NCBI GenBank assembly: GCA_041661545.1
Contig: JBAZUH010000001.1
Span: forward strand, 83,877 to 147,876
DNA: 64,000 nt
From: Candidatus Staskawiczbacteria bacterium
GTDB lineage: Bacteria > Patescibacteriota > Minisyncoccia > Minisyncoccales > Staskawiczbacteraceae
Direction of reading: 5' to 3'
Part shown: positions 18,183 to 26,625 of the stretch, one piece after another
Layout: each line of letters opens with the position of its first letter
Position numbering within the stretch: position 1 is the first letter of the stretch
Notes under the pieces: generated by a model
The model's input: only the letters and a program-made list of their open reading frames with translations
Database searches by the model: none
Told to the model about the DNA's origin: nothing
Program-made: the position numbers and the translations under genes

Positions 18183-20336
18183 ATGAAACTAAATATAAAA
18201 TCTCACGAAGAAGAGGTCGAAAAGAAAACAATAGCAAAGAAGGATAAAAAACCGGTTGCAAAGCCTGTCAAAAAGGAGAAGAAGCCCGAGAAGGTTTTGG
18301 ATAAAAAAGATGATAGGAAAACGGAAGTTGTTAAGCCCGCCACCGCTAAAGTTATGGGCGAGGCGAAGGATGAAAAGGTTTCATCAGTTTTGTCTAAGGA
18401 GGAGCCTAAAATAGAAGCTAAAAAAACTAGGAAAGACGGGGAATATACTGCAAAAGACATTTATGTTTTAAAAGGTTTAGAGCCCGTTAGATTAAGACCA
18501 GGAATGTATATTGGTTCTACTGGCGTTGATGGTTTGCACCACTTAATTTGGGAGGTGGTAGATAATTGTTTAGATGAAGCAATGGCCGGTTATGCCAAAA
18601 ATATTGAAGTAATACTGTTGCCCGAAAACAAGGTAAGAATTTCTGATGACGGTAGAGGAATTCCAGTTGAAAAACATCCAGACACCGGAAAATCAACACT
18701 AGAAACCGTTTTAACAACCTTGCACGCCGGAGGAAAATTTGGCGGAGAAGCTTATAAAGTTTCTGGAGGTTTGCACGGAGTTGGTATTTCGGTTGTTTGT
18801 GCGCTTTCTAATTATATGCAAGCAGAAGTTCACAGAGATGGGGGAGTTTATCAGCAAGAATATTATAGGGGCGTGCCAAAGGGTGCAGTTAAAAAAGTTG
18901 GCGAGTCTAAAAAAACAGGAACAACTCAAACCTTTGAGGCTGATGATACAATTTTTTCTAAAATAGAATATAATCCAAAAGTAATTTTAAATCATTTAAG
19001 ACAGCAAGCCTATTTAACCAAAGGAGTTAGAATTTCATTTCGTGACGAAAGAAAAAAGGGCGAAGAATCTAGTTATGCTTTTTATTTTGAAGGAGGAGTG
19101 GCTTCTTATGTAAAATATTTATTACAAGGAAATACTGCCCGTCATTCTAATATTTTTTCTGTAGCAGGAGAGAAAGATGGAATTTCGGTTGAAGTTGCTT
19201 TTCAATATACTCAAGAAATGGAATGCACAGAAGAATCTTTTGCTAATAACATTTATACAGTAGAGGGGGGAACTCATATTTCTGGTTTTAGAACAGCTTT
19301 AACAAGATCTTTAAACGATTATGCAAGAAGAGAAGGATTTTTAAAAGAAAAAGACGAAAATTTTTCTGGTGATGATGTAAGAGAGGGTTTAACAGCAGTT
19401 GTTTCGGTAAAAATTAGAACACCTCAGTTTGAGGGGCAAACAAAAGCAAAATTAGGCAACCCCGAAGCAAAGCCTGCGGTTGAGGCAGCAACAAGCGAAG
19501 GATTATCTGATTATTTAGAAAGAAATCCATCAGATGCTAAGGCAATTATAGAAAATTGTTTATTAGCAACAAAAGCAAGATTAGCTGCAAAAGCTGCCAG
19601 ACAAACTGTTTTAAGAAAAGGAGCTTTGGAGGGTTTAGCTTTGCCTGGCAAACTAGCAGATTGTTTGTCGCGCAAACCCGAAGAATCGGAAATTTATATT
19701 GTTGAGGGAGATTCTGCTGGTGGTTCTTCTAAACAAGCTAGAGATAGAAGGTTCCAAGCCATTTTGCCTTTGCGCGGTAAAATTTTAAATGTAGAAAGAG
19801 CCAGGTTAGATAAAATGTTGGCCTCTAAAGAAATTAAGGCTTTAATTATTGCCATGGGAACTGGCATTGGCGAAGATTTTGATATTGAAAAACTAAGATA
19901 TCACAGAATTGTAATTATGACCGATGCCGATGTTGACGGAGCTCATATTAGAACATTGCTTTTAACATTTTTTTACAGGCATTTTAAACCAGTTGTTGAG
20001 GCTGGGCACGTTTATATTGCTCAACCACCACTATATAAAGTTTCTTTTGGAAAAACCTCACATTATGCATATTCAGACGAGCAAAGAGATAAGATTTTAA
20101 AAGATATGGGCAAAACAACGGCCACTATTCAGAGATATAAGGGTTTAGGAGAAATGAATCCAGAACAGCTTTGGGAAACAACAATGAACCCGGAAAATAG
20201 AACTTTGCTACAGGTTGCTGTTGAAACTCCGCGTGAAGCCGACAGAACTTTAGATATTTTGATGGGTGAAGAAGTAGAACCAAGAAAGAAATTTATTCAA
20301 ACTCACGCTAAGGCCGCCAAGAATATCGATATCTAA
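18183..20336 (+). CDS. gyrB: DNA gyrase subunit B with ~85-aa Lys/Glu/Pro-rich N-terminal extension
   Basis: GLEPVRLRPGMYIG, GHKL ATPase motifs, Toprim EGDSAGG, PLRGKILNV. Confidence 0.95.
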   Translation: MKLNIKSHEEEVEKKTIAKKDKKPVAKPVKKEKKPEKVLDKKDDRKTEVVKPATAKVMGEAKDEKVSSVLSKEEPKIEAKKTRKDGEYTAKDIYVLKGLEPVRLRPGMYIGSTGVDGLHHLIWEVVDNCLDEAMAGYAKNIEVILLPENKVRISDDGRGIPVEKHPDTGKSTLETVLTTLHAGGKFGGEAYKVSGGLHGVGISVVCALSNYMQAEVHRDGGVYQQEYYRGVPKGAVKKVGESKKTGTTQTFEADDTIFSKIEYNPKVILNHLRQQAYLTKGVRISFRDERKKGEESSYAFYFEGGVASYVKYLLQGNTARHSNIFSVAGEKDGISVEVAFQYTQEMECTEESFANNIYTVEGGTHISGFRTALTRSLNDYARREGFLKEKDENFSGDDVREGLTAVVSVKIRTPQFEGQTKAKLGNPEAKPAVEAATSEGLSDYLERNPSDAKAIIENCLLATKARLAAKAARQTVLRKGALEGLALPGKLADCLSRKPEESEIYIVEGDSAGGSSKQARDRRFQAILPLRGKILNVERARLDKMLASKEIKALIIAMGTGIGEDFDIEKLRYHRIVIMTDADVDGAHIRTLLLTFFYRHFKPVVEAGHVYIAQPPLYKVSFGKTSHYAYSDEQRDKILKDMGKTTATIQRYKGLGEMNPEQLWETTMNPENRTLLQVAVETPREADRTLDILMGEEVEPRKKFIQTHAKAAKNIDI

Positions 20337-20354
20337 AAGAGATCGATATTCACA

Positions 20355-20433
20355 AAGGGGGTCGGGGAAATTGGGTATTTCCCCGTGTAGGAAATTATTC
20401 AAAACCGTGGGTTTTGAAGGAGCGAGCCAGAAC
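20355..20433 (+). repeat. Two-hairpin repeat element, copy 1 (after gyrB)
   Basis: 52 nt identical to 23265-23316. Hairpins cggggaaat/atttccccg and ttcaaaacc/ggttttgaa, ending in GAGCGAGCCAGAA. Confidence 0.8.
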
Positions 20434-20460
20434 CGAAGAGCTAGCCCAAATGAAATGAGG

Positions 20461-20493
20461 GCGATAAGGCGAGCGACAATATAGACATCTAAA
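20461..20493 (+). pseudogene. Diverged duplicate of the gyrB 3' end (..DKASDNIDI*)
   Basis: aataTAgaCatctaa versus the true end aataTCgaTatctaa. Encodes the same NIDI-stop. Confidence 0.55.
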
Positions 20494-20496
20494 ATT

Positions 20497-20976
20497 ATGA
20501 CAGAAAGAGTTTTTACTCAAACATTTGGAGTGGTTGGAGCTATTATTGAAAAAGATGGTAAATTTTTACTTGTAAAAGAGGGCGACCACAATAAAGCAGC
20601 TTATGGAAAGTGGAATCAGCCGGCTGGTTGGATTGATTTAGAAGAGGATATTATTTCTGCCGTTAAAAGAGAAGTTTCAGAAGAAACTGGATATGATTTT
20701 GTCCCCAAAAATATTTTAGGTATTTATATATTAGTAAAAAAAGAAGGCGAAAATATCCATCATGCTGTAAAAATAATTTTTATAGGTGATATTTCTGAAA
20801 ACAAAGTAAGGAAGCTAGAAGATGATATATCAGAAGCCAGATGGTTCACGCCGGAAGAGATTGAAAATATGGGATTAGATATTTTGAGGGATTTAGATAT
20901 AAAAACGGAAATTGCAGATTATCTTTCTGGTAAAAAATATTCGTTAGAATTATTAACTCATACAATACAAAAATAA
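20497..20976 (+). CDS. Nudix hydrolase
   Basis: Nudix box GWIDLEEDIISAVKREVSEETG. Confidence 0.85.
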   Translation: MTERVFTQTFGVVGAIIEKDGKFLLVKEGDHNKAAYGKWNQPAGWIDLEEDIISAVKREVSEETGYDFVPKNILGIYILVKKEGENIHHAVKIIFIGDISENKVRKLEDDISEARWFTPEEIENMGLDILRDLDIKTEIADYLSGKKYSLELLTHTIQK

Positions 20977-21028
20977 ATTTATGGTATTTGATCAATTTTA
21001 CCCTGTTAAATAATTTTAAATTTAATAT

Positions 21029-21295
21029 ATGGTTTATTATGTATATGTATTACAATCTAAAAAGGATAATAAATTTTATACAGGATACACTAAAAATTTA
21101 AAATTAAGACTTGAGCAACACCAAAAAAAGAAAGTTGTCTCAACAAAACATAGAGGTGGGCTAAAGTTAGTATATTTTGAATGTTGTCTTAATCAACATG
21201 ACGCCACTCATAGAGAAAAGTATTTAAAGACTTTTCACGGAAAATTATTTTTAAGAAACAGGCTCAAGTCTTATTTAACAGGGTTAAAAATATAA
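21029..21295 (+). CDS. GIY-YIG domain protein (UPF0213-like)
   Basis: YVYVLQS...FYTGYTKNLKLRLEQH. Confidence 0.8.
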   Translation: MVYYVYVLQSKKDNKFYTGYTKNLKLRLEQHQKKKVVSTKHRGGLKLVYFECCLNQHDATHREKYLKTFHGKLFLRNRLKSYLTGLKI

Positions 21296-21296
21296 T

Positions 21297-21551
21297 ATGT
21301 TAGAACAAATAAAAAAAATGGCGGAGTTAAAAAAACTCCAAGACAGTTTTAAAAAAGAGAAAGAAATTGTAGAAAGAGACGGAATTTCTGTTGAAATAAA
21401 TGGAAATTTTGAAGTAGAGAACATTAAACTAAACCCAGAATTAAGCATAGATAGGCAACAAGAAGTATTAAAAAGATGTTTAAACGAGGTTAGAGAAACA
21501 ATTCAAAAGCGTTTGGCCAAGGTTATGATGAACTCTGGAATTAGTTTTTAG
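21297..21551 (+). CDS. YbaB/EbfC-like nucleoid-associated protein
   Basis: Size and pattern (KKMAELKKLQ...ISVEINGNFEVENIKLNPEL). Confidence 0.6.
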   Translation: MLEQIKKMAELKKLQDSFKKEKEIVERDGISVEINGNFEVENIKLNPELSIDRQQEVLKRCLNEVRETIQKRLAKVMMNSGISF

Positions 21552-21770
21552 TATGGCTCGGCAACAAATTTTTCTACGCTCGGAATTTCTGCACGAGAAG
21601 CACAGCGTCGTCTAAAATTGTATTTTAAATCTATACAATTTTATCCGCGCTTCTCACTCGGTGCCCACAACGGGGCACCTGCGTGAAGTCATTCTCTTAG
21701 CAGAAATCCCTCGCTTAGTTTATTGCCTCGCTAAAATTTATTTGGCTCGCTACGAATTCATTATCTCGCT
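21552..21770 (+). repeat. CTCGCT-box structured repeat, copy R1
   Basis: CGCTCGG + arm ggaatttctgc ... gcagaaatcc + CCTCGCT, then tandem TTYATTNNCTCGCT boxes at ~19-nt spacing. Confidence 0.65.
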
Positions 21771-21807
21771 TTGAAAATTAACAAATTTATTGAAAATTCC
21801 AAAAAGC

Positions 21808-21836
21808 TTGACTTTTTGGTTTGTGTCGGCTATTAT
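21808..21836 (+). promoter_or_regulatory. secE-nusG promoter
   Basis: TTGACT-N17-TATTAT. Confidence 0.55.
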
Positions 21837-21911
21837 ATTAGTATAAGTATAAATAGCCCCGCTGAGCGGGGTTTTAAAAACCCTGCCTGCGCAGGCAGGC
21901 ATGACAAAACT

Positions 21912-22106
21912 ATGAATATAAAGCAAAAAATAAACTCATTTTTTAAAGAAGTATGGGTAGAGATGAAAAGAGTAAGCTGGCTTTCCCAGAAAGATGTTTT
22001 AAGATATACGGGCGTTGTATTGGGGGTAGTTGTAATTTCTGCTATATTTTTAGGTGGTCTAGATTACATATTTATGTTATTAATTAAAATGTTTATTTTA
22101 AAGTAA
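21912..22106 (+). CDS. secE: Preprotein translocase subunit SecE
   Basis: 64 aa, FFKEVWVEMKRVSW motif plus one TM, directly upstream of nusG. The longer track ORF start lies in promoter and hairpin sequence. Confidence 0.8.
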   Translation: MNIKQKINSFFKEVWVEMKRVSWLSQKDVLRYTGVVLGVVVISAIFLGGLDYIFMLLIKMFILK

Positions 22107-22115
22107 AAAAACAAC

Positions 22116-22664
22116 ATGCCAAAACAAGTTATTGAACAAGAAAAGAATTGGTACGTTATTCATACTTATTCAGGTTATGAAGACGCAGTTGCAAAAAACC
22201 TTAAACAAAGGATAGAGAGTTTGGGCATGGAAGATACAATTTTTAATGTTATAGTTCCTAAAGAAAAAAAGATAAAAATAAAAAACGGAAAAAGAAAAAC
22301 AATTGAAGAAAAAATTTATCCAGGATATGTTTTAGTTCAAATGATGGTTACCGATGAATCTTGGTATGTTGTTAGAAACACACCAAGAGTAACAGGATTT
22401 TTGGGAGCTGGAACTACACCAATACCAGTTTCTAAAATAGAAATGGATGATTTAATGAAAAGAATGGAAATGGGTGAGCCAGAATTTACAATTGATTTTG
22501 AAGTGGGCGGTATGGTTAAAATAGTAGACGGACCCTTTAAAGGTTTTGAGGCAAAAGTTTCAGAAATTGATAGAGAAAGAGGAAAAATTAAAGTGTTAGT
22601 TAATATGTTTGGAAGAGATACATCGGTAGAATTAGATTCATTACAAATAAAAAAATCAGAGTAG
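22116..22664 (+). CDS. nusG: Transcription antitermination factor NusG
   Basis: WYVIHTYSGYE NGN domain and KOW motif. Confidence 0.95.
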   Translation: MPKQVIEQEKNWYVIHTYSGYEDAVAKNLKQRIESLGMEDTIFNVIVPKEKKIKIKNGKRKTIEEKIYPGYVLVQMMVTDESWYVVRNTPRVTGFLGAGTTPIPVSKIEMDDLMKRMEMGEPEFTIDFEVGGMVKIVDGPFKGFEAKVSEIDRERGKIKVLVNMFGRDTSVELDSLQIKKSE

Positions 22665-22797
22665 AGAATACTACGAAGACCCCGCCCTCTATGCAGGAAG
22701 TGGGAAAATAAATAAATTAAATAAATGATAATGTAGCGTATTCGTCCGAGTAAGTTCGAAGAGCTTAGAGGGCGGGGTGCTCATTACATTCGCAAAT

Positions 22798-23223
22798 ATG
22801 GCAAAAGAAATTAAGGCGGTAGTAAAAGTACAAATACCCGCCGGAAAAGCAACCCCAGCACCTCCAATTGGGCCAGCATTGGCTCCTCATGGATTAAATA
22901 TTGCAGAGTTCTGTCAAAAATTTAATGCAGCTACTCAAGCAATGTCAGGATATACAATTCCAGCTGAAGTAACAATTTTTAAAGATAGAAGTTTTTCTTT
23001 TATTTTAAAAACGCCTTTGGCCGCAGAATTAATTAGAAAAGCAATTGGAATTGAAAAAGGCTCTGGCACTCCTAATAAAACAAAAGTTGGAAAAATTACC
23101 AAAGCCCAATTAAAAGAAATAGCATTGAAAAAAATGCCAGACCTAAATACCACAGATATAGAGCAGGCAATCAAAATAATTGCCGGTACCGCCAAAAACA
23201 TGGGCGTAGATGTAATAAACTAG
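22798..23223 (+). CDS. rplK: Ribosomal protein L11
   Basis: [32 protein letters not shown]. Confidence 0.95.
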   Translation: MAKEIKAVVKVQIPAGKATPAPPIGPALAPHGLNIAEFCQKFNAATQAMSGYTIPAEVTIFKDRSFSFILKTPLAAELIRKAIGIEKGSGTPNKTKVGKITKAQLKEIALKKMPDLNTTDIEQAIKIIAGTAKNMGVDVIN

Positions 23224-23264
23224 CGAAAGCTAGTTTTTTACTTACATACGCCTATGTTTTTGCA

Positions 23265-23343
23265 AAAGGGGGTCGGGGAAATTGGGTATTTCCCCGTGTA
23301 GGAAATTATTCAAAACAGAGGGTTTTGAAAGAGCGAGCCAGAA
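23265..23343 (+). repeat. Two-hairpin repeat element, copy 2 (after rplK)
   Basis: Same element as 20355-20433. Confidence 0.8.
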
Positions 23344-23348
23344 TAGGC

Positions 23349-23385
23349 GCGCGATAAAAAGATGGGAGTAGACGTAACAAACTAA
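23349..23385 (+). pseudogene. Diverged duplicate of the rplK 3' end (..KKMGVDVTN*)
   Basis: aagatgggagtagacgtaacaaactaa versus the true end aacatgggcgtagatgtaataaactag. Followed by a terminator at 23402-23432. Confidence 0.55.
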
Positions 23386-23488
23386 ATTACAAATTTAGAA
23401 ACAACCCTTTAATCGGGGTTGATTTTTGTTTTGGCGAAATGGTAGAATAATTTTAACCACTAACTGAACATTGAAAAGGAGAGAGAAC

Positions 23489-23974
23489 ATGAAAATTCCA
23501 ATCAAAATTTTGAGAGATGGAGCGCAAGTTCCCGAACGAGCTTCTGCTGGAGCAATAGGCTACGATGTTTGGGCTTCTGCTGTTTTATCTAAGGAAACAA
23601 AGAAAGTTTTGCAAGAATTGCCGTTTACGTTGGAGCCCGGCAAAAGTGTGCTTATAGGTATAGGCGTAGCCTTCGCCGTTCCTTGGCCGTGGATGTGTGA
23701 TGTAAGGCCAAGATCTGGTCTTGCCAACAAGCACGACATTGAGCTTTCCAATTCTCCCGGAACAATTGACCCAGACTTTCGTGGTGAAGCGGGCGTTTTA
23801 CTCAGGAATAGGGGTGACAAAAGCTTCACAATTGAACGGGGAATGAGAATAGCCCAACTCGTGTTTATAAAAGCTCAAATTCCGGAAATGGAATTGGCTG
23901 ATGAACTACCCGGAACCAAGCGTGGCGCGGGTGGGTTTGGTTCAACTGGACTATTTGAAATAGAAAAAGGTTGA
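23489..23974 (+). CDS. dut: dUTP diphosphatase
   Basis: GGAG-type RBS, motifs AGAIGYD, RSGLA, GTIDPDFRGE, RGxGGFGSTG. Confidence 0.9.
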   Translation: MKIPIKILRDGAQVPERASAGAIGYDVWASAVLSKETKKVLQELPFTLEPGKSVLIGIGVAFAVPWPWMCDVRPRSGLANKHDIELSNSPGTIDPDFRGEAGVLLRNRGDKSFTIERGMRIAQLVFIKAQIPEMELADELPGTKRGAGGFGSTGLFEIEKG

Positions 23975-24085
23975 TTATTTCAACCTTACAGGGCACATCA
24001 TAGCCCTTCTTTTTTTATTGCTTGATTTTTGTTTTACATAAATGATAGAATTATAAAACATTAAATAATTAATCTATAAAAGTTT

Positions 24086-24670
24086 ATGGAAGAAGTAAAT
24101 CAAACGCCACAAGATATAAAAAATACCGATATTAAAGACCTGCCTGCGCAAGCAGGAGAAAAGCATGTTCGCCCATCTTGGGATGAGTATTTTTTAGATA
24201 TAGCCGAGCAAGTGGCAAAAAGATCTAAAGACCCATCAACGAAAACTGGTTGTGTCATTGTCGACAAGAAAAAAAGGCCAATATCTTTTGGCTACAATGG
24301 TTTTATTGGTGGCTGTGATGAATCAAAGATGACGCAGGAAAGGCCAATGAAATATCTTTTAGTTATTCATTCTGAAATGAATGCTATTTTGTTTGCCAAT
24401 GCTGATTTAGAAAGTTGTGTTCTATATAATCTTTATGCGCCGTGTGAATATTGTTTGAAATATATAATTCAAGCTGGAATTAGAAAAATCATTTATAAAT
24501 ATCCTGTTGTAGAAAGCAAGGTGAATAATATTGAAAAATCAATGACTAATTCACTTACTAATGAAGCCGTAACTAGAATTTTGTTATCTATGCCCGATGT
24601 AGAATGTCATAATATAAATGGCAAGAGTTATTTAGAAGAAATATGGGGTAAAGATATTCCAAAATTTTAA
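24086..24670 (+). CDS. dCMP deaminase (ComEB-type)
   Basis: HSEMNA...PCEYC zinc motif. The N-terminal extension contains a GC palindrome. Confidence 0.85.
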   Translation: MEEVNQTPQDIKNTDIKDLPAQAGEKHVRPSWDEYFLDIAEQVAKRSKDPSTKTGCVIVDKKKRPISFGYNGFIGGCDESKMTQERPMKYLLVIHSEMNAILFANADLESCVLYNLYAPCEYCLKYIIQAGIRKIIYKYPVVESKVNNIEKSMTNSLTNEAVTRILLSMPDVECHNINGKSYLEEIWGKDIPKF

Positions 24671-24695
24671 TAATAAATTAATACAAAGGAGTGTT

Positions 24696-25307
24696 ATGCC
24701 AAGCAATAAAAACGACGAGCAAATTTTAGTGGTAAAAGCAGATATACTTTTTGCGCAGGGCAAATGGCAAGGGTTGAAAACTGATAATTTAGATTATTAT
24801 GTTGATTTGATAAAGAAAAATGCTGAATTTAAGAGAAGGGGAGATATGGAAAACGACCCTTCGTGGCAACAAATTATTCCATATATTATTTTCTCCGCTG
24901 AAGGCAAATTTTTCCTTTATAACTATTTAAAACAAGCTGGGGAGCAAAGACTTAGAAACGATTATATTATCGGAGTTGGCGGTCATATTAACAAAGATGA
25001 TGTTAAGGACAGTGTTGATGTTTTAGAAGCGGGGCGTGATAGAGAGTGGGCCGAAGAAGTAAATTATAGCGGAAATTTAGATAAAAAATTAATTGGCATT
25101 TTAAATGATGACAGGCGGCCAGTGGAAGCAGTGCATTTGGGGTTAGTATATTTATTTAAAGGTGATAGCCCAGATATTTCTGTAAAAGAAATAGATAAAA
25201 TGAAAGGAGAAATGTTTACCTTAAAAGAATTGGGTGAAAAAGTGGTAGGAACAGAAGGCTGGGCCCCAATAATTTACGAAGAATACTTAAACAAAAATGA
25301 AATTTAA
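24696..25307 (+). CDS. YmaB/COG4112-like Nudix-fold phosphoesterase
   Basis: Pattern EFKRRGDMENDPSWQQIIPY...GEQRL...GVGGHI...ILNDD..VEAVHLGLVY recalled from Bacillus YmaB (nrd operon). Confidence 0.45.
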   Translation: MPSNKNDEQILVVKADILFAQGKWQGLKTDNLDYYVDLIKKNAEFKRRGDMENDPSWQQIIPYIIFSAEGKFFLYNYLKQAGEQRLRNDYIIGVGGHINKDDVKDSVDVLEAGRDREWAEEVNYSGNLDKKLIGILNDDRRPVEAVHLGLVYLFKGDSPDISVKEIDKMKGEMFTLKELGEKVVGTEGWAPIIYEEYLNKNEI

Positions 25308-25920
25308 GAATATAATTTTTGATTGGTCTGGCCCCATAAAAGATGTTTCTTATAGCCAATATTGGATAGTTAAGAAAATGTTTGAAGAATTAGGAGATAG
25401 CAAAACTACAATAGAAGAAATAAAAAAGCTTTATGAAGAGCCTTATATGAAATTTTGGGCAAAGGCTTTTCCTAGCTTAAGCATAGAAAGCGAGCAAGAG
25501 TTATATAGAAAAACTATTCATAGGCCAGATTGCCCGGAGCCAATTGCTTATGATGATATAGTTGGTCTTATCAAAAAATTAAAAAGCCAAGATATAAAAC
25601 TTGTTGTGTTAAGCTCGGATTTTAAAGAAACTGTTTTGCCCGAAATGAAGAAGTTTAACTTAGAAGAAATTTTTGATGAAGTTATTACTTTTGTTCACGA
25701 TAAATCCGGGGTAATTCACGATATAATAAAAAGAAATAATTTTAAGCAGGAAGAAACGGCTTTTATAGGAGATTCAAACAATGAGATGAAGGCCGGAAAA
25801 GAGGCAGGCATAATAACAATTGCAGTAACTTGGGGTATTTTTAATGAAGAAAAATTAAAATTAGCTAATCCTGATTATTTAGTCCATAATATTAAAGAAT
25901 TAGAAGAAATTTTATTATGA
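25297..25920 (+). CDS. HAD-superfamily phosphatase
   Basis: IIFDWSGPI (motif I variant), LSS (motif II), GDSNNEMKAGKEAG (motif III/IV). Confidence 0.65.
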   Translation: MKFKNIIFDWSGPIKDVSYSQYWIVKKMFEELGDSKTTIEEIKKLYEEPYMKFWAKAFPSLSIESEQELYRKTIHRPDCPEPIAYDDIVGLIKKLKSQDIKLVVLSSDFKETVLPEMKKFNLEEIFDEVITFVHDKSGVIHDIIKRNNFKQEETAFIGDSNNEMKAGKEAGIITIAVTWGIFNEEKLKLANPDYLVHNIKELEEILL

Positions 25921-26621
25921 AAAAAGGAAAATTTTTTGTATTTGAAGGCATAGATGGTTGTGGAAAATCAACGCAAACAAAATTGCTTGCAGATTTTTTT
26001 ATAAAAAAGGGGTATAAAGTAGAAAAAATTGATTTTCCTCAGCATGGAGAAAAAGCTTCTGGTTTAGTTGACGAATATTTAACCGGAAAATATGGAGAAG
26101 CCAAAGATGTTGGCCCATATATAGCTTCAATTTTTTATGCCTGTGACAGATACGACGCCAGTTTTAAAATAAGAAAATGGTTAGATGAGGGTAAAATTGT
26201 AATATCAGACAGATATTTAGTTTCTAATATTGGTCACCAGGGTGGAAAAATTAATAATAAAAAAGCTTGGAAAAAATATATTAATTGGTTGTATGAGTTA
26301 GAATATAAATTATTTAAAATTCCAAAACCAGATTATACCTTTATTTTAAAAACCTCGCCGGAATTTTCTTTAAAAATGGCCAATAAAATAACAGATAAAA
26401 CAAAGCAAGCCAGGAGGAAGTCATATTTAGGTAGCTCTAAAAAACAAGACATCCACGAAAAAGATAGAAATCATTTAAGAAATGCTTTAAACTCATATTT
26501 AATGGCTGCAAAAGAATTTCCAAGAGATTTTAAAGTAATAGAATGTTTAGATAAAAATGAATTGTTACCGCCAGAAATAATAAATCAAAAAATAATTAAA
26601 GAGGTTTCTAAAAAAATATAA
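25917..26621 (+). CDS. tmk: Thymidylate kinase
   Basis: FVFEGIDGCGKSTQ P-loop and DRY motif. Confidence 0.9.
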   Translation: MKKGKFFVFEGIDGCGKSTQTKLLADFFIKKGYKVEKIDFPQHGEKASGLVDEYLTGKYGEAKDVGPYIASIFYACDRYDASFKIRKWLDEGKIVISDRYLVSNIGHQGGKINNKKAWKKYINWLYELEYKLFKIPKPDYTFILKTSPEFSLKMANKITDKTKQARRKSYLGSSKKQDIHEKDRNHLRNALNSYLMAAKEFPRDFKVIECLDKNELLPPEIINQKIIKEVSKKI

Positions 26622-26625
26622 AAAA

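Noticed and set aside
21771-21911. Longer N-terminus for secE (track ORF starts at 21771)
   Set aside because: The extension would read through the promoter (21808-21836) and two GC hairpins. The conserved SecE sequence starts at the Met at 21912.
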